DNA of 58,601 nt, counting the filler, from Dugesia japonica (lineage: Eukaryota), in NCBI GenBank assembly GCA_001938525.1. It is 5 parts of 5 records of this genome, joined end to end, with 100 filler letters (N's around TTAATTAATTAA, not from the genome) between each part and the next. Parts side by side here need not be neighbours in the genome. Positions count along the whole stretch, not along the records: positions 12,078 to 20,500 come from MQRL01548871.1; positions 20,601 to 37,515 come from MQRL01498933.1; 3 more parts are not named here. One strand, given 5' to 3'. Below the pieces are notes generated by a model. It did no database searches and was not told the origin of the DNA. It worked only from the letters and a program-made list of their open reading frames with translations. Each line of letters opens with the position of its first letter. The first letter of the stretch is position 1. The position numbers and the translations under genes were made by a program. Of this stretch, positions 14,590 through 28,811 are shown piece after piece.

Positions 14590-14980
14590 CTATCATTTCT
14601 TGAGAAAAATAATTGCGAATCAGTTTCTATTACTCCTCGTATACCTCAGCCGCTTGGTGTGCTGATAAATTCAAGTTTTAAAGCTAAAATGAAGAAAAAA
14701 TCGGAGGAATGGTTCCTTAAGGAAAAAAAACTTAATTCTAAGGAAGGATATTGTCAACGGCCTACATTGGGAAAGATCTTCTAATTTGTTTCTGAAAGTA
14801 TTATGGAAATTCAAGATGCAGATGTAGTGAAATCTTTTCGATTCTCTGGTATATTTCATCATGGTATAAATTTGAATGAAGAGTGTTTAAATGACAGACT
14901 AAAAGATATCTTATACTCTTCAAATGTGAGGAACTTGGATTTAATTGACAATAATGATGATGTAAATGTTAATTTTATAT
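14590..14980 (+). mobile_element. pogo-like DDE transposase fragment
   Basis: QPLGVLINSSFKAKMKKKSEEWF (compare LQPLDV..N..FK..L...W..W), then VVKSFRFSGI. Confidence 0.55.
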
Positions 14981-17900
14981 AAAATTAAAAACAAACAAAT
15001 GTTATTAATTAATTTTAATTGGTCTTATTTTCAATTTTCTTTAAAATACAGACTACGGTCGTATTTTTTAAAAAATTTTTGTTAGTAAAATTAGTTAATT
15101 GCTTCAAACCTGGCTTAATTGTCAGGAAAAACCAATAAATAATTTTAAAAAAATCTTTAGAAATCAATCACAACTCCTTAAGAAGATAAAATCGAAAATT
15201 CGGAAAAAACAAATTTTTNAAATTTTTTAANTTANATAGAAATTTTTAATTAAAAAACATTTCTGATCTAAGCCTTAATTTTTTTCTTAATTTTTAAAAA
15301 ATTTAATTATAAATATTAAACAAATTTATAAAAATAATATTTCACTATAAATTTACTAAACTTAAGTATTGAAAATAATCAATTATTAAATATCTTTAAA
15401 AAAATTAAAATTTATGAAAATTGAAATCGATTTCCGAAAAAATTTAATTAACTCTAATTAACTTTTCCTTGTTTGATAAAAATCAATATTTGTAAATGAT
15501 TTACTGGCCAATATTTTCAATTAATGAGTTTGTTTTCAGAGAATATACAATTAACAATTACTATTGTTATAGAATATTTATAAAAATATTTATAAGAATA
15601 TTTATATTTATAATTTTACAGACAAACGAATTGTTAATGAATGAGCAAAATATTGGGAATAATTATTTGGAATCACGAGTTTCAATTTTTAAATTTATAA
15701 TAATTTATGCAGTCTTAAAATTCTATAAAATTCTAAAAATAAAAAAGAAATTATTTTTATTAAAATTCTATAAAAGTCTAAAAATAAAAAAAGAAATTAT
15801 TTTTATTTTTATCAATGTTCAAATAATCGATTTTTAAGTGTTCATTAAGTCTTTCAAAACCTTCAATCTAAAAATAGAAATTAGCTTTGTAAATTTAATT
15901 TAACGCAAGCCAAAATTTCGAAACTAATTTATCGAAAAAATAGCTTTGTATTGACACAGTTAAAACCTAAATAGCAGATTTCAATGAATTTTATTTCTAA
16001 ATTGATAATAATAAAATTGATTTACTAATTTAAATATAAATGAGAAAAAAGAGAATTTTTTTTGTAACAAATTATAATTGGAAAATTATACCTCTTTGAA
16101 AAATACATTAAATAAATTTAGTTTATAAATGTTGATTGAAAAACATACTTTAATATGTCCTAGACAAATACGTTTTATTGCTAATGGGAATGTAATTAAC
16201 TTATGTTAATAACTATGTGCAGAATAAATATTTGTTAACATATTTAAAAAAACATGGAATGTCTCTAGCCCGCCTAATAATAATAATAATTGTGAGGATT
16301 AATTGTAAATAAGGAATTTTTTAGATTTTGTTTATTCATTGTAGTTTGTTTTTTTGTACTGAATTTTGTGTAGAATCTGAAATAGAAATCTTGGTATAAA
16401 CTTTTAGTTGTATATTTTTTTTTGGAATTTCGGCAAGTTTACTAAGGTAATATTGTTAGCTTTATAAATTTTAAATTGTAATTTTTATTAATAATTATTT
16501 GTGAATTTTAAGTTTATTGTAGATGTAAATTTAATATTGTAAATTTATTTAGAAACTTTGTTATTTATTTAAAAAAAATTAATTTATGATAAAAGAAGAT
16601 TTTTCTTTACCAGAGGTATGTATGCCTTACAATAATAATAATAATCATCATAACAACAACAAAAATACCTTATTGAACGAAGGCGATGCTTGAACGCAAG
16701 AGTAATTGGCTGAGAAAGATTCAGAAGGAAGGAAAGTTGGTATACCTTATGAATTGACATAAAGAATGAAATAGCAGAGGAAACTATTTGCAAAGTTTTC
16801 ATAGAAAGAAATATAAAACGTCATTTGATGAATCGTGTAAGAATATTGTTATAATTATAAATACAGATTCATATTAAATTATTGAGTATGCATATTTATT
16901 ATAGCAAATGAAATATATATTTAAATGTTGTGTTATTAACAATGCTGTTTATTATTTAGTAACGTACATTGATGAATCTCTGTGATGCTGTTTTTCAATT
17001 AGGTATTAACCCATTTGTGTCCACAAATATTTTTTTTAAATATTTTAAGATTTCTTATTAATTGAATAAATCATATAATAATAACTTTGTATACTTGATC
17101 AAGGTCAATTTACACTATAAAAATAATTAACATAATATATCTTCATTATATATCACTTCATTCCCGCATTTCTAAAATTCCTTAAATGAGTATAGTGAAC
17201 AGTTAATTAGTACTTTCTAGCACAAATTTATCTAAATTATTTTGCTACAAACCACATGTTAATTAAATTTCCATATTAATTATTTTTCTAAATCAAATGA
17301 AAAATCATGTGCAAGCATTTACAACTCGGCAAATAAAATTAAAAAGATTATAAACCATTAGGATCTTTGTATAATGTNNNNNNNNNNNNNNNNNNNNNNN
17401 NNNNNNNNNNNNNNNNNNNNNNNNNNNNNNNNNNNNNNNNNNNNNNNNNNNNNNNNNNNNNNNNNNNNNNNNNNNNNNNNNNNNNNNNNNNNNNNGTTGT
17501 TGATATGTATTCAATTTTTGAATTAAATCAACAAAAAAATTCGATTAATTTTGATTTTCAATATTTATAGCAGAGATAATCAATTTTTTTGTTGATATTC
17601 TAATGATTTTGTATAAAAAATTTTGTTCAATCTTTTAAACGGATTTATTAATAGAAAATTATAGAAAATATTATATGAAATTCATTTGTAGTATTATAAA
17701 AAATTATTAGATTATACTGCATTATAGTGATTGTGAGGTGTAATTATTTTTGAATGATTTAAGGTTTTATTATTTATTAAACTTTGATATTTTATTATTG
17801 TAAATTAGTATTTAAATTTTTGTTTTAATATTTTTGATTGGCAGATTTTTTTGAAATTATGAATTTAATAAATTATAGTAGAATATTTTAAAACTTTTTA

Positions 17901-19963
17901 TTATTCGATTTTGGATATCAAACATTTTGTGTTGGAATTTATTTAAAAAATATAAAATTTCGTTGACGATATTTTCAAATTTAACAGATTTGGAACTTAA
18001 GATTTTTTGTGTTAAATTTGTAGCTGTATAATTTTTATCATTTTATTTTATTTAACGGGTGTAAATTTTATATCAATTGTCAATAAATATTTTCAGAAAA
18101 AGAAGTTGTTTTAAATGATGGGTATGTATCCCCTTTTCATAACAGTGATTATGTTTTACATTTTTGTTAGATATAACTGTTAGGCGCGTCTGAAACGGTC
18201 ACCGAAGAATTTAAAAGAAATTTATTAATAAAATAAAATGTAATTTTCTCAAACAAATAATTTACAAACATATAATCTGAAATTCAACTACAATTTTCAT
18301 TATAAATTTTTATAAATATCAAATTTAAAATTTTCTGATTTTATTTTGGAAAAATACATTGCAATAAAATTAACTTATTCTTTATTATAAAAACAATTAA
18401 TATTTTAAAATTTTGACAATAAATATGTATTTAAGAGTATTACAAAAAAAACATAATTAAATCTATAATTAAACAAATGAAAGTAAAACGGATTTATAGA
18501 TTCCATACACCAGAACCCATTCTTATAAATTGAAGAAAAATATTCGAAGGAGAACTCATGAAACAATTTCTAGAAAAATTTGGAATTGATAAGAAATTTA
18601 CAAGAATCAATTAAACCGTTAGTAGAAAGAACAATAAGAACACTACGATTGTCGATATTTTTCGAAGTGGAAGTCAAAAGGTTAGTTTAGAAAATCTATT
18701 AGCTTTAATACAATTCATGCAATTTAACGATAGAAGGCTGAAGTGTAAGCTTTTAAGATAAAATTTAGAATGAAAATTATAATTCAAGAAATTCAAAATT
18801 CAAAATACTAACAACAACTAAAAAGAATAATAAAAAAAAACATTTTAATCAAATCTTATAATTTAATGAAATGACAAATATTATTCAACAATCCTTGCAA
18901 TTCTTGCAATTGTAAAACCATAATAATGCAAATAAAATAATGAAATTATCCGTAACACTGATCAAATTATTGCCGGATATGCAAAATTCAGTAATACAAT
19001 GTAATTAATCAATTATATATATTTTTTATACTTGGTAACCGCTTGAGGAGAAAATGATATAATTAAAGAGTGAAGCAGATTGTAACGGAACATCGTGCTG
19101 GTAGAACAGGATTACAAGCTCTTGAAGATCATCCATTATTATCATTCGTGAGAAAATTGCCTTGAAGCGAGAAATTGTTGAAGAAGATCCAGATATATTG
19201 TTGTTGACGTTAACTAGATTAAAATGAAACATACTCACGATGTTATCAAGTGCTATGAGAACTACACTTCTGATTAGTCAATTCCTTTTCCTATTTCATG
19301 AAAATATTGTGCAGTTCATTATATTCTTGTATGATTATTTTACCTATAATAAAAATTAAAAACGGCAATTATTTTGGGCCACCTTATATAAGCAGTATAG
19401 TTATTACATAATGTAACTAAATAGAGGTTTTTAAAAGGTTATGTTTAACTCATTTTAATTTAAGCTTATTTAAATCGATTGAATTATTTCTATAACTGCA
19501 TTTCATATGACACTATTGCTTTACATTCGATGGGATGTGTTTTACCGACGAGTCACCTATTTCCTGAGTTGTAATAATTCAAGTTGAAAAGAGTTAAAGG
19601 ATTTAGGATAATCTTTCAAAATTCATTATAATTTGACATTTATTTTAAATTTCAGTAAATTAAAAGCATCTATCAAAATGTTGTTGTTAGTAATTCGAAT
19701 ATCAAAAATTCGAAATACTAACAATACTAACATTTGGATCGAAGCTTATAATTTAATGAAATCTCAAATGCGATCAATGATGAAGTCCAACAATTATTCT
19801 CACAATAATTGCAATTGTAAAATTTATTAAAATTATTAATTTAATTATTTTTAATAATTTTAATTAATTTTATTTTATATTAATTTTTATTTATTTAGTC
19901 TAAATCATAATTGAAAAGCATTTAATTCGAAAAATGAAAAAAAAATAATTTGAAATAATTTAC

Positions 19964-20396
19964 TTTTTTCATGGTTTTCACTTTTTATTAAAGTTTGTTT
20001 ATCTGCGTATTTTGATTTTTCTTCTATGACGTTGAATTGTGTTTTATTTTTATCGCTTAAATGATATACTTCTATTTCTTCATAATTTAATCTTTCAATA
20101 TTTGACATTTCAAACGATTGTGGTCCATCATAAACTTTAAATAAAAATAAATTAATGAAACGTTTGAAAAGTAATAAATAAAACTGACCAAATTTACCGG
20201 TTAGTTCATTATCAATACTATTGCTTTTTACTAACGGACTACTTTCATCTTTTAGAATTGTGAAATTCAAATTTTGTATATTTTCATTATCATTAATTTG
20301 TATAGGTTTCAATTGTTGAATATGTTTTTTATTTTGATTATCTTTAATTTTTTGTCGTTGTTGATTTAATTTCCGTTGTCTTGCTTCAGAAGACAT
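19964..20396 (-). CDS. Two spliced exons (20396-20198, 20134-19964) of an unidentified gene
   Basis: ATG start; in-frame 63-nt GT-AG intron 20197-20135 explains the hydrophobic GKFGQFYLLLF.. stretch in the ORF track; next donor at 19963. Confidence 0.4.
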
Positions 20397-20544
20397 TATA
20401 AAAAATAGTCTTACAAAATCATTTTGTTAAAAAATAAAAACAATAAATTTAACAAATAATTTCAATGAAACTTCAAAAATTACTTGACCTTAATAAGATA
20501 NNNNNNNNNNNNNNNNNNNNNNNNNNNNNNNNNNNNNNNNNNNN

Positions 20545-20556
20545 TTAATTAATTAA
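20545..20556. other. Artificial assembly spacer TTAATTAATTAA
   Basis: Same 100-bp linker structure. Confidence 0.9.
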
Positions 20557-20600
20557 NNNNNNNNNNNNNNNNNNNNNNNNNNNNNNNNNNNNNNNNNNNN

Positions 20601-20658
<58 letters not shown>
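20601..20658. repeat. (ATT)n microsatellite
   Basis: Directly visible. Confidence 0.95.
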
Positions 20659-20959
20659 GTTAAATTCAAAACCTTCCAACTCTCCATAAATTTTATTTAT
20701 TATTACAAGTGTTTTTGATTAAAGTAAAATTTGATTGAAGAATAATTCATAGTATTCATACAAATGATCTGAGAAATATTTCAATAAAAAATTTTTAAAA
20801 TATCGATTTTATTTTTATGAAATATTTTACTTTACATAATTATTTCATAAAATATTTTAAAAATATCGATTTTTAATTTTATATAATATTTTATTTTACA
20901 TGTTTCAAAAAAAATTTTTAATATGATATATATATATATATAAATTAAAAAATCTCTCA

Positions 20960-21300
20960 GATATTTAAATCTATGAATGATTCTTACATCCCCCTCTTCA
21001 AAGTTTTTTTTTGAATCTTTTCCACATTTCTTTCAATCATCTTGCCTTTTGAACTCTTCAGCAGGTATCGTCTTTCATGAATCTGTTTTATCACCTCTTG
21101 TAGACCTGTATATCTTTCTTTGTCTTTTGATCTGTTTTCTTCCTTGATTAGCACATCGTCTACAACTTGAAAATGTCTCTTTGTTGGTGTCAACTGTCCG
21201 GATTCTTAATTCTTTTCTCCATTATTGAAACATCTTTCTCTATATATTTTCTTACCCAATATCACTTCTGCTGGACTTATCCCCAAAGTCTTCTAGCTTG
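20960..21300 (-). mobile_element. Ty3/gypsy fragment: integrase C-terminus, PPT and LTR start
   Basis: TLGISPAEVILG..; FQVVDDVLIKEE..RYTG..VIKQIHERRYLLK..GKMIERNVEKI followed by aagagggggaTGTAAG. Confidence 0.7.
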
Positions 21301-22699
21301 TTGCTTCTAGCTTGTTTTTACCAACCATATTTTAATTTTTTTATTCGATCGATTTTTATCGGTTAATTTCAGATTTTTGCACAGTATTATTTAATTAATG
21401 ATAGATTTTAATTAGATTAATCTTTATTCTATAATTTCTTTTTATATAACATTTTAACATAGATATTTTTAGAAGGTTTTCCTTAAGAATTTTCTCTTGG
21501 TTATATTTAATTTTGTATCATTGCTAGTATTTGAATTTTGTCTCTTTTTTTTAAAATTTCTCTGTTTTTATTTAATATTTTAATATAGTAATGTAAAAGA
21601 TTTTTTCCATGGTAACATTTTTTTTCATCAGTTAATTTTCCCTGGAGGTATTTTAATTTTTACTTATATTAATAGTTAATTTTTACTAGGTTGTTCTTCA
21701 AATCTTTGTCCCTGTTTATATTTCTTCAGTAGTTTTTATATCTATTTAAATTTTTGAGTTCATTTGTTACATTAGGCTTAAATATAATTAGTATAGGATC
21801 TGATTGATTAGGATTATTATTTAATTAAATTATGAATTAAGTAGGTTAAAATGAATTAAACATAAAGATTAGATCTATTTAATTGTATTTGATGAAGTAA
21901 ACATATTAAATTAATTAACTATGGTGATTAGATTAATGGATACATTGTATTAGCTTTATGAGTGTATTATATTTGGTTTATTTAGAATATTAAGTATATT
22001 GAGAAGATTAAAAAGTAAGATANNNNNNNNNNNNNNNNNNNNNNNNNNNNNNNNNNNTTTTCTTTTTAAAATGTCTTCTAACAGTACCTAACAGTTAAAT
22101 ATGTCAAATTTCAGATAGAAACATGTGATGACAACAAATTTAATATTTTTAAATGGAAAATGATATGACAAATACAATAGCGTAGTTTAAACTTGAGTGA
22201 GACTCATTTGTAAAAGTTTTTAAAGATTTTAAATTTGAAAGTTGTTTAAACATTACATAAAACCGCCAGTTTTAAACACATTGTTTTACAATTAATGCCA
22301 TATAATAGAGAATTGAAAGTAGAATATATATTACGCAATCAAATTCAAGTACAAGTGTTTTCTCCACAGTAAAATGTTTTGCCCATGTTTATATGTAAAT
22401 CTTACCTTTGTAGTATTTTAGAGTTTTGCAACTGTAAGATTTTTAAATTTTTACCCCAGTTTATATTTCTTCCATCGTTTTTATATCGTTTTAAACTTTT
22501 TAGTTACATTAGGGTTCAATGTACGTATTTGATATAGAATCTGATTGATTTAATTTATTATATAGGTCATTTATGAATTAAGTAGATTAAATAAATTGAT
22601 CATATATAGGGAATATAATGTATTGATGTAATTAAATGTATTTGACAGTAAGTATATTAGATTAATTAAAAATGGTGATTAGTTTAGGGGATACAATGC

Positions 22700-23030
22700 A
22701 CCGAATAATACCAAGATTTGATCCGATCAAAATTGTGGGTGGGGCAACTTTTTATTCTTTGATGCATTCTAACTTTTCATCTTCACGCTTGATTACACTG
22801 AGAATTGAACCATGAGGACCGTCGAGTCATTACGCATCCAACGATACCATGGCGATAATTGTACGTTGAAGTATCGTGCGGGAAGGTCAATACAAATATT
22901 TGAACTACCGAGCATGTATTTCTCTATACAAATTTTCAAACCATAAACAGATCGAAAGTCTTAAACACTAAAGTCATAAACACTTTGCCAGCTGGGGAGG
23001 GGTGTTTATGTGCGCCACTATCTACCTGCT
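22700..23030. mobile_element. Isolated Polinton-type terminus fragment
   Basis: Ends in gtgcgccactatctacctgct, homologous to the terminus at 10306-10326; both are preceded by G-rich tracts. Confidence 0.55.
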
Positions 23031-24830
23031 TAAGTCAACCATTCGTGAAATTTATCAGTTACGATCTACGAAATATCTTTCTTATCATTAAATAATGAAC
23101 GATCAAAATAATGAAAAATCAAGAGATACCCTGACATTGATGAAGGATCGTGGAAGACACAGATGAAGATAATTGTGATCATAATTAAGCAGTAAAAGTT
23201 ACAGTTCACGCTTATTATATCACAAACACGAATTTGGTCTCATTGGAACAATTGATTATGAGGAATTTCTATTGTTTAAAGCCAGTGCCATGAATGCCTT
23301 CACTAAGTTATTGACTTTATGACAGGTAAGAGACCTAAGTTATAAAGATGAAATTGTCAGGGTTATTTTGTAACTCAGTGTGTCCTAAACTGTAAATTTA
23401 GAAACTACTTATTTTTTTGTATAACTTCGTGATGTTCTAGTTACTAGTAGATATTAACTTACATTTTTATGCTCTATCTCAATCACCAAAAAAAGAACAA
23501 AAAGGAAATTGAAGTGATCACGCATTTTGGTACCGAAGAATATTAACAGTCCTCTCTCAAAAGTCAAAAATAAGAAACATCTCATGCCAATTCTTGTTAG
23601 TTACATAGGTGAATAGAGACCAACAAAATAATTTATACATACCTACTTAAAAATTTTATGGATAAGAAAATGATATAAAAATACATTTTAAAATCTTGCA
23701 ATTTCCATTTTATAATTTAAATAATTTGTGAATGTGATATTTTAAAAATATTTAACCTACTCTTTAAACCTGGCCGTCCAAATTTTCAAGTTTTCATAAA
23801 ATATTGTTTTGGAAATTTCTAATTCGTCCTGTAATTTTACAATTTCCTAAATTTTATATTAAATTTCAATTATTTCAGATATTTGTCAGTTATTTTTTAC
23901 AGAAATAAACTTAAATTAAGCGTTGCAAAATAGCTAATTTCTATGGTTTACAAAAAAAATGATACAATCATCAAATTAAACGACTTTTGAAAGGAATGAA
24001 CTAAATGTAAACGAAATTAAAAAAATTAATTCTAAAGAAATAACCAAACTGATAAATTAAACAAATTACAGAAACACAGATAAAATCATTGTCATATAAA
24101 TTGTTTAATAACGAAATCAATATATTTAGAAAATAATAAATAATGTCAACAATGATAAATATTAAATCATTATCGACATAGACATATACAATTTTCACCA
24201 AGTTAAACTTATCCTTAGTACACCTGGGTCTTTTTATGTGGAGAATACATTCCCAAGAAAAACACATTAAAAAATCGAATTTAAAAAACCTAACTCTTTT
24301 TAATTGTTTCTTAAACTTTTTAATTTATTTTATTCAAAAATCAAAACGATACATTTTGAATGATATAAAATTGTATTCGTCTTACGGTTTTTTTTGTATT
24401 GTTTAGTATGTTTTTAATCATCATCACTAAAAGAAAAATAAACAGTGGAATTAGTGCCCACTTCAGTCTCATCAGTTTTAAAACACTTAATTAATTTAAA
24501 ACACAAATTTTAAGACAAACAAATTTAGTAAAACACTTACGATGCTTAAAAAATTTGCGAACACTAATTTTATTTTAAACAAATCAAAGTTTCAACTAGT
24601 ATGAACCTACAATACATACATGCTAATGTTCTGTGTAAATGCATTAACTTATTATCATGTACAATTACATAGAACGTTTCTCATAATTTCATTTAGTCAC
24701 TTTGTAGCAACAAGAATGTAGAGAATGCAATAATACAAAAAAACTTCAATTTCAAATAATTTTTTTATGGAGAATATAAACACATTTACAATACAATTTT
24801 GACGTAACAACAATAATAAAGCTTTAAAAC

Positions 24831-25155
24831 TAGGGGTCTACCGATATCAGGGTTTCGGATATATCGGTATCTGTAGTATGTATATGTCCCGATATTGACG
24901 TCACCGATATTTCATAATAAGTAACATTTTGACAAAAAATCCAGAAAAAAATATCATTTTGATTTATAAATATCTCAAGAATTTAATTTATCCATACTGA
25001 TAACAATATTAGGATTAGAATGCTTTTTAGCATGCTTAGAGTTTGGATGCAATTCTGGAAAGTCATCAAATAACAAATACTCATGTATCAAATAGTCATG
25101 TCCTAACAACTACTCGTCGGCAATATCAGCAAAAATGCATATCGGTAGACCCATA
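24831..25155. mobile_element. hAT-family MITE (325 bp)
   Basis: TIRs TAGGGGTCTACCGATAT / ATATCGGTAGACCCATA; perfect 8-bp TSD TTTAAAAC at 24823-24830 and 25156-25163; CCGATAT subterminal repeats. Confidence 0.85.
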
Positions 25156-26090
25156 TTTAAAACAATATGTATGCTGCTCAAATAAAATGGGTAATTCCTT
25201 TTTACTAAAACCTTTAACTAAAATTTGAATTCCGAAATCGCATTTAAAAAACTCGCATATAAAATCAAAAGAAATATGAACCGCATAACTTTAAAACTGC
25301 ACAAAAATCCACATAAAGAGACTTGAGTGTATAAGGCAATAGTTCTGAAGAATTTCAAACAATAGAAATGGATTAAAATAATTAACTATAGACAATATTT
25401 TCTATTAACCATATATTTATTTAAATTAGCTATATTTGTTAAAAGTGAATAAAAAATAAGTCTGAAATTAATTATGATTTCGAAAATAAATTATTTTTGA
25501 ACGATTCAATTGTAGATAAGTTATTACATAAGTTATTGACATTGAAAAATTAATAAAGCGCTGTGATTTATATTGTTACGCTAAAAACATTACCCAGAAG
25601 AAACAGCAGGAAAGATTAGTTCCTTGTTTGTTAGATGGCGATTCGTAGGGAAAATATGAAAAGTCGTTGAAAAATATTGAAAGGTTTCAGGCATGCTAAC
25701 GTTTGGTAGTTAAGTAAGAGAAAGTTGTGTCAAAGAATTTCAAATTTTCATTAACTATAGAAGTGAAAATGAAGATGAAGTTTATTTGAAAAGTGTTTAT
25801 TTAGTAAAATCATTGTTTACAAATCAAGATTTTACAGAGAAAAAATAGTTACAAAGATGCTAGTATATTTTGCAGATAATAAAGATTGAAGAAAATGGTG
25901 AATTTGTGGAACCAACAGAATATAAAAGAAATTGGAAAAACAATGACGTTAGTAGATCGAATAGAAAAAAAGAGATTAAGTTGATGCAGTTAGAAGTTAC
26001 GCTTAAGTTACAAGTCAAAATTATCAGAAACTTATAAATCATTGAATTAGTAGACATATGGGTTAAAATGAAGGATAAACGAATTTGGAA

Positions 26091-26257
26091 TGCTGGCAAT
26101 GTCATAAGATCGGTCATAATAAAGCAAATTGTCCGACAGAAAGTGGTAGAATGTTGGACTTGCCATAAGAAAGAACATATAAATTGAGTTTGTACTTATA
26201 AAAAATAAAACAAAATGCTTTCTTTGTAAAAAGATGGGCTATATTAGAAGGTTATGT
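26091..26257 (+). pseudogene. gag: gag nucleocapsid with three tandem CX2CX4HX4C-type zinc knuckles
   Basis: CWQCHKIGHNKANC; CWTCHKKEHIN*VC; CFLCKKMGYIRRLC (His replaced by Tyr in the third). Confidence 0.8.
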
Positions 26258-26639
26258 CAAAATCTGAGTTGTAAACAAAGTGACAATGGTGAACAGAAGA
26301 ATGCTACTCAAATTTGAAAATGAAAGGACCACTAAAATATTTGTGACTGCTACAAGGCTAGGAAACTGATATAATAGAATAAAGGCGATTGCTGATGAAA
26401 AAGTCAAAAACGATGGATATGAGGAAGTATATGAAAGTGATTTTCGAAGGCAGTATACAAAAGACAGGGCTCAACTAGCAGAGGAGTTATTTGGAGCAAT
26501 CCATTGTTAAATTAATTGAATGATCATACCTAAGAGGTTGAAGAGTGGGATAATATTGGGAAAGTTACAGAAATAATATCCAGGTTCTTAAAAACTGAAA
26601 ATTTAGGAGGGGATAGAGCTTGAAGAAGAATCTCCAGAA

Positions 26640-28610
26640 GAAAACTGCGTTTTCAACGAATCACGAACAATATTGTTTTAGGAGAATGCTATTTGGTATG
26701 GCAGTGACCCCGGGAATATTTCCGGAGATGATGACAAAGGTGGTAGAAAATAAAGAATGGAGCCGTGGTAAATCTTGATGAAATTCTCCTATTTACGAAC
26801 AATAAGGATCAGCAATATGAAATAATTCACAGAGCATTGACGAAAATAATAAAGGCTGGTTAAAACTTAATCTACAAAAGTGTCAGTTTCATCAAAGCTT
26901 AATCAAATTTCTTGTGCACATTCTAAGCAAGGATGGTGTTAGAACTTACCCGTCTAAAATAGAAACAATAAGAACATTTGGTAAACTTAACTATTTGAAA
27001 AAGTTACAAAGTTTCTTGGGAATTCGTAATTACTACTAAAGGTTTATTGAAACCTATGCGAGAAAATGAAGGATCTTAGAACAGTTATGTAATGGACCAA
27101 GCAACAAGAAATTAGAATGGATAGATGAAATAAAAGATAATTTTGAGGTTCTGAAGAATTTTCTAATGACTGCGTCAATATTGTGTTTTCCAGACATAAA
27201 CAGAGAAATTTTATTAGTTATGGGTGCCCATTTTGATATAATTAGAGGCGTATTGTCACAGAGCGATAAAGGAAAAGAAAGAATTGTTGCCTACGAGTCA
27301 TGAAAGGGGATACTGCATCACACAAAGAGTTATTGGATGTTTATTATTTGTGCATATATTTCAAACCTTACTTGTACGGCAGAAAATTTATTCTTAGGAC
27401 AGATCATAAGACTTTCATGATAATGACGAAGAAACCAATCACGTCACAATTCCAAATATAGATAAATTATTTCATTAGTCTAGATATAGTAATAGAAAAT
27501 ATAAAAGGAAATCAAAGTGGTAATGCAGATATGTTATCTAAATCAAGATGTGAAGTTACACACAGCAATGTCAAATGTCACACAAAAATGCTAAGGAAGG
27601 TAAGATTAAAACAAGAGTACTGAACACAATTGAAAAGGAAAAATAAGAGCAATTATATATTTTTGAGGAAAAACGATTTAATCAAGAAAATTAAAATTCC
27701 GGATGATAAAATACATTAAACAATAGAAGAAATACACATATTGTTATATGATGCAGGAGTTTAAAAGTTGTACGAATATATAAAAGACAAATACATTTCG
27801 AAGGATTTGTGGAGCCAAACATATGAGATAGTTCACAAATGTGAAATCTTTCAGATGACCAAAGTATTGACAATAGCAAACCAAATAGAATACAAAGAGA
27901 TTAGACGCTACGAATTTTTTGAAAACATATTCCCATATGAGAGCCAATACGGGATGCTAGTAAACAGAAAAAATACATTCTTGGAATAAAAGACCAGTTC
28001 AGTAAATATCTGATTCTTATAACATTGCCAGGACAAGATGATGAAGGAAACAATGCAAAAAGCTATTTTTGAGAAGTTGATATTGAGATGTGGATGCCCC
28101 AGAGAGATAAGACAAGATTGTGGAAAAGCTTTTGAATCCAGAGTTATGAGAAAGTTTAAATTAAATTTTGCTTTTTGAGTTTTTATCATCATAGTGCAAA
28201 TTGAAAGACAGTTTAATACAATTTGAAATTTAATTAATGCCCCACTTTAGAAGAGATGGATCACAGATTTGGCAGACTTATTTCCGGAAATAAAATTTAT
28301 AATTAACCGAAAAAAGGAGAAAACGACTGGAAAGACCAAGGTTGAAATTGTGTTTTGAAATAAAAAGGATACAGGTCAAAGAAATACAAGTTTCCAAGAG
28401 AAATAAAGAAAAATTTCGAAAGTGACTACTAATAAGGAATCAAAATTAAAAAAATTATGTCATTATGTATTTAGAAACAAGAAATGAAATTCAACACAGA
28501 TTTGTAGGTCTTCATCGAATAATTGAGAAAATTCACGAAAGACAATATGTTGTACAATAGAAAAATGGAAAGCGATTGGAGAGAAATGTAGAAAACTTAG
28601 AAAGTTTTTA
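26640..28610 (+). pseudogene. pol: pol (RT-RNase H-integrase), heavily disrupted
   Basis: Motifs as above, in RT-RH-IN order, with many stops and frameshifts. Confidence 0.85.
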
Positions 28611-28676
28611 AGAAGGGAATGATTCTAAAGAACTTAAACCAATAGAAATGGATTAAAATAATTAATTACTTGCTTA

Positions 28677-28811
28677 CTCCATCCCACAAAAAGTGGATTT
28701 AATAAATTTTGACATTTTAAAAAGTAACATTTTTTCTCGTATATATTTGAAAAATACAAATTTTCTTCGTTTTTTAATTTTTTTAAAAATCCACTTTTTC
28801 ATGGGATGGAG
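28677..28811. mobile_element. 135-bp MITE inserted in the gypsy 3' LTR
   Basis: TIRs CTCCATCCCACAAAAAGTGGATTT / AAATCCACTTTTTCATGGGATGGAG, flanked by TTA on both sides; absent from the 5' LTR. Confidence 0.8.

Noticed and set aside
16400-18240. Possible plus-strand micro-exon gene (several ag|..|gt units, e.g. ~18098-18122)
   Set aside because: Splice-like signals are present, but I could not build a coherent reading frame
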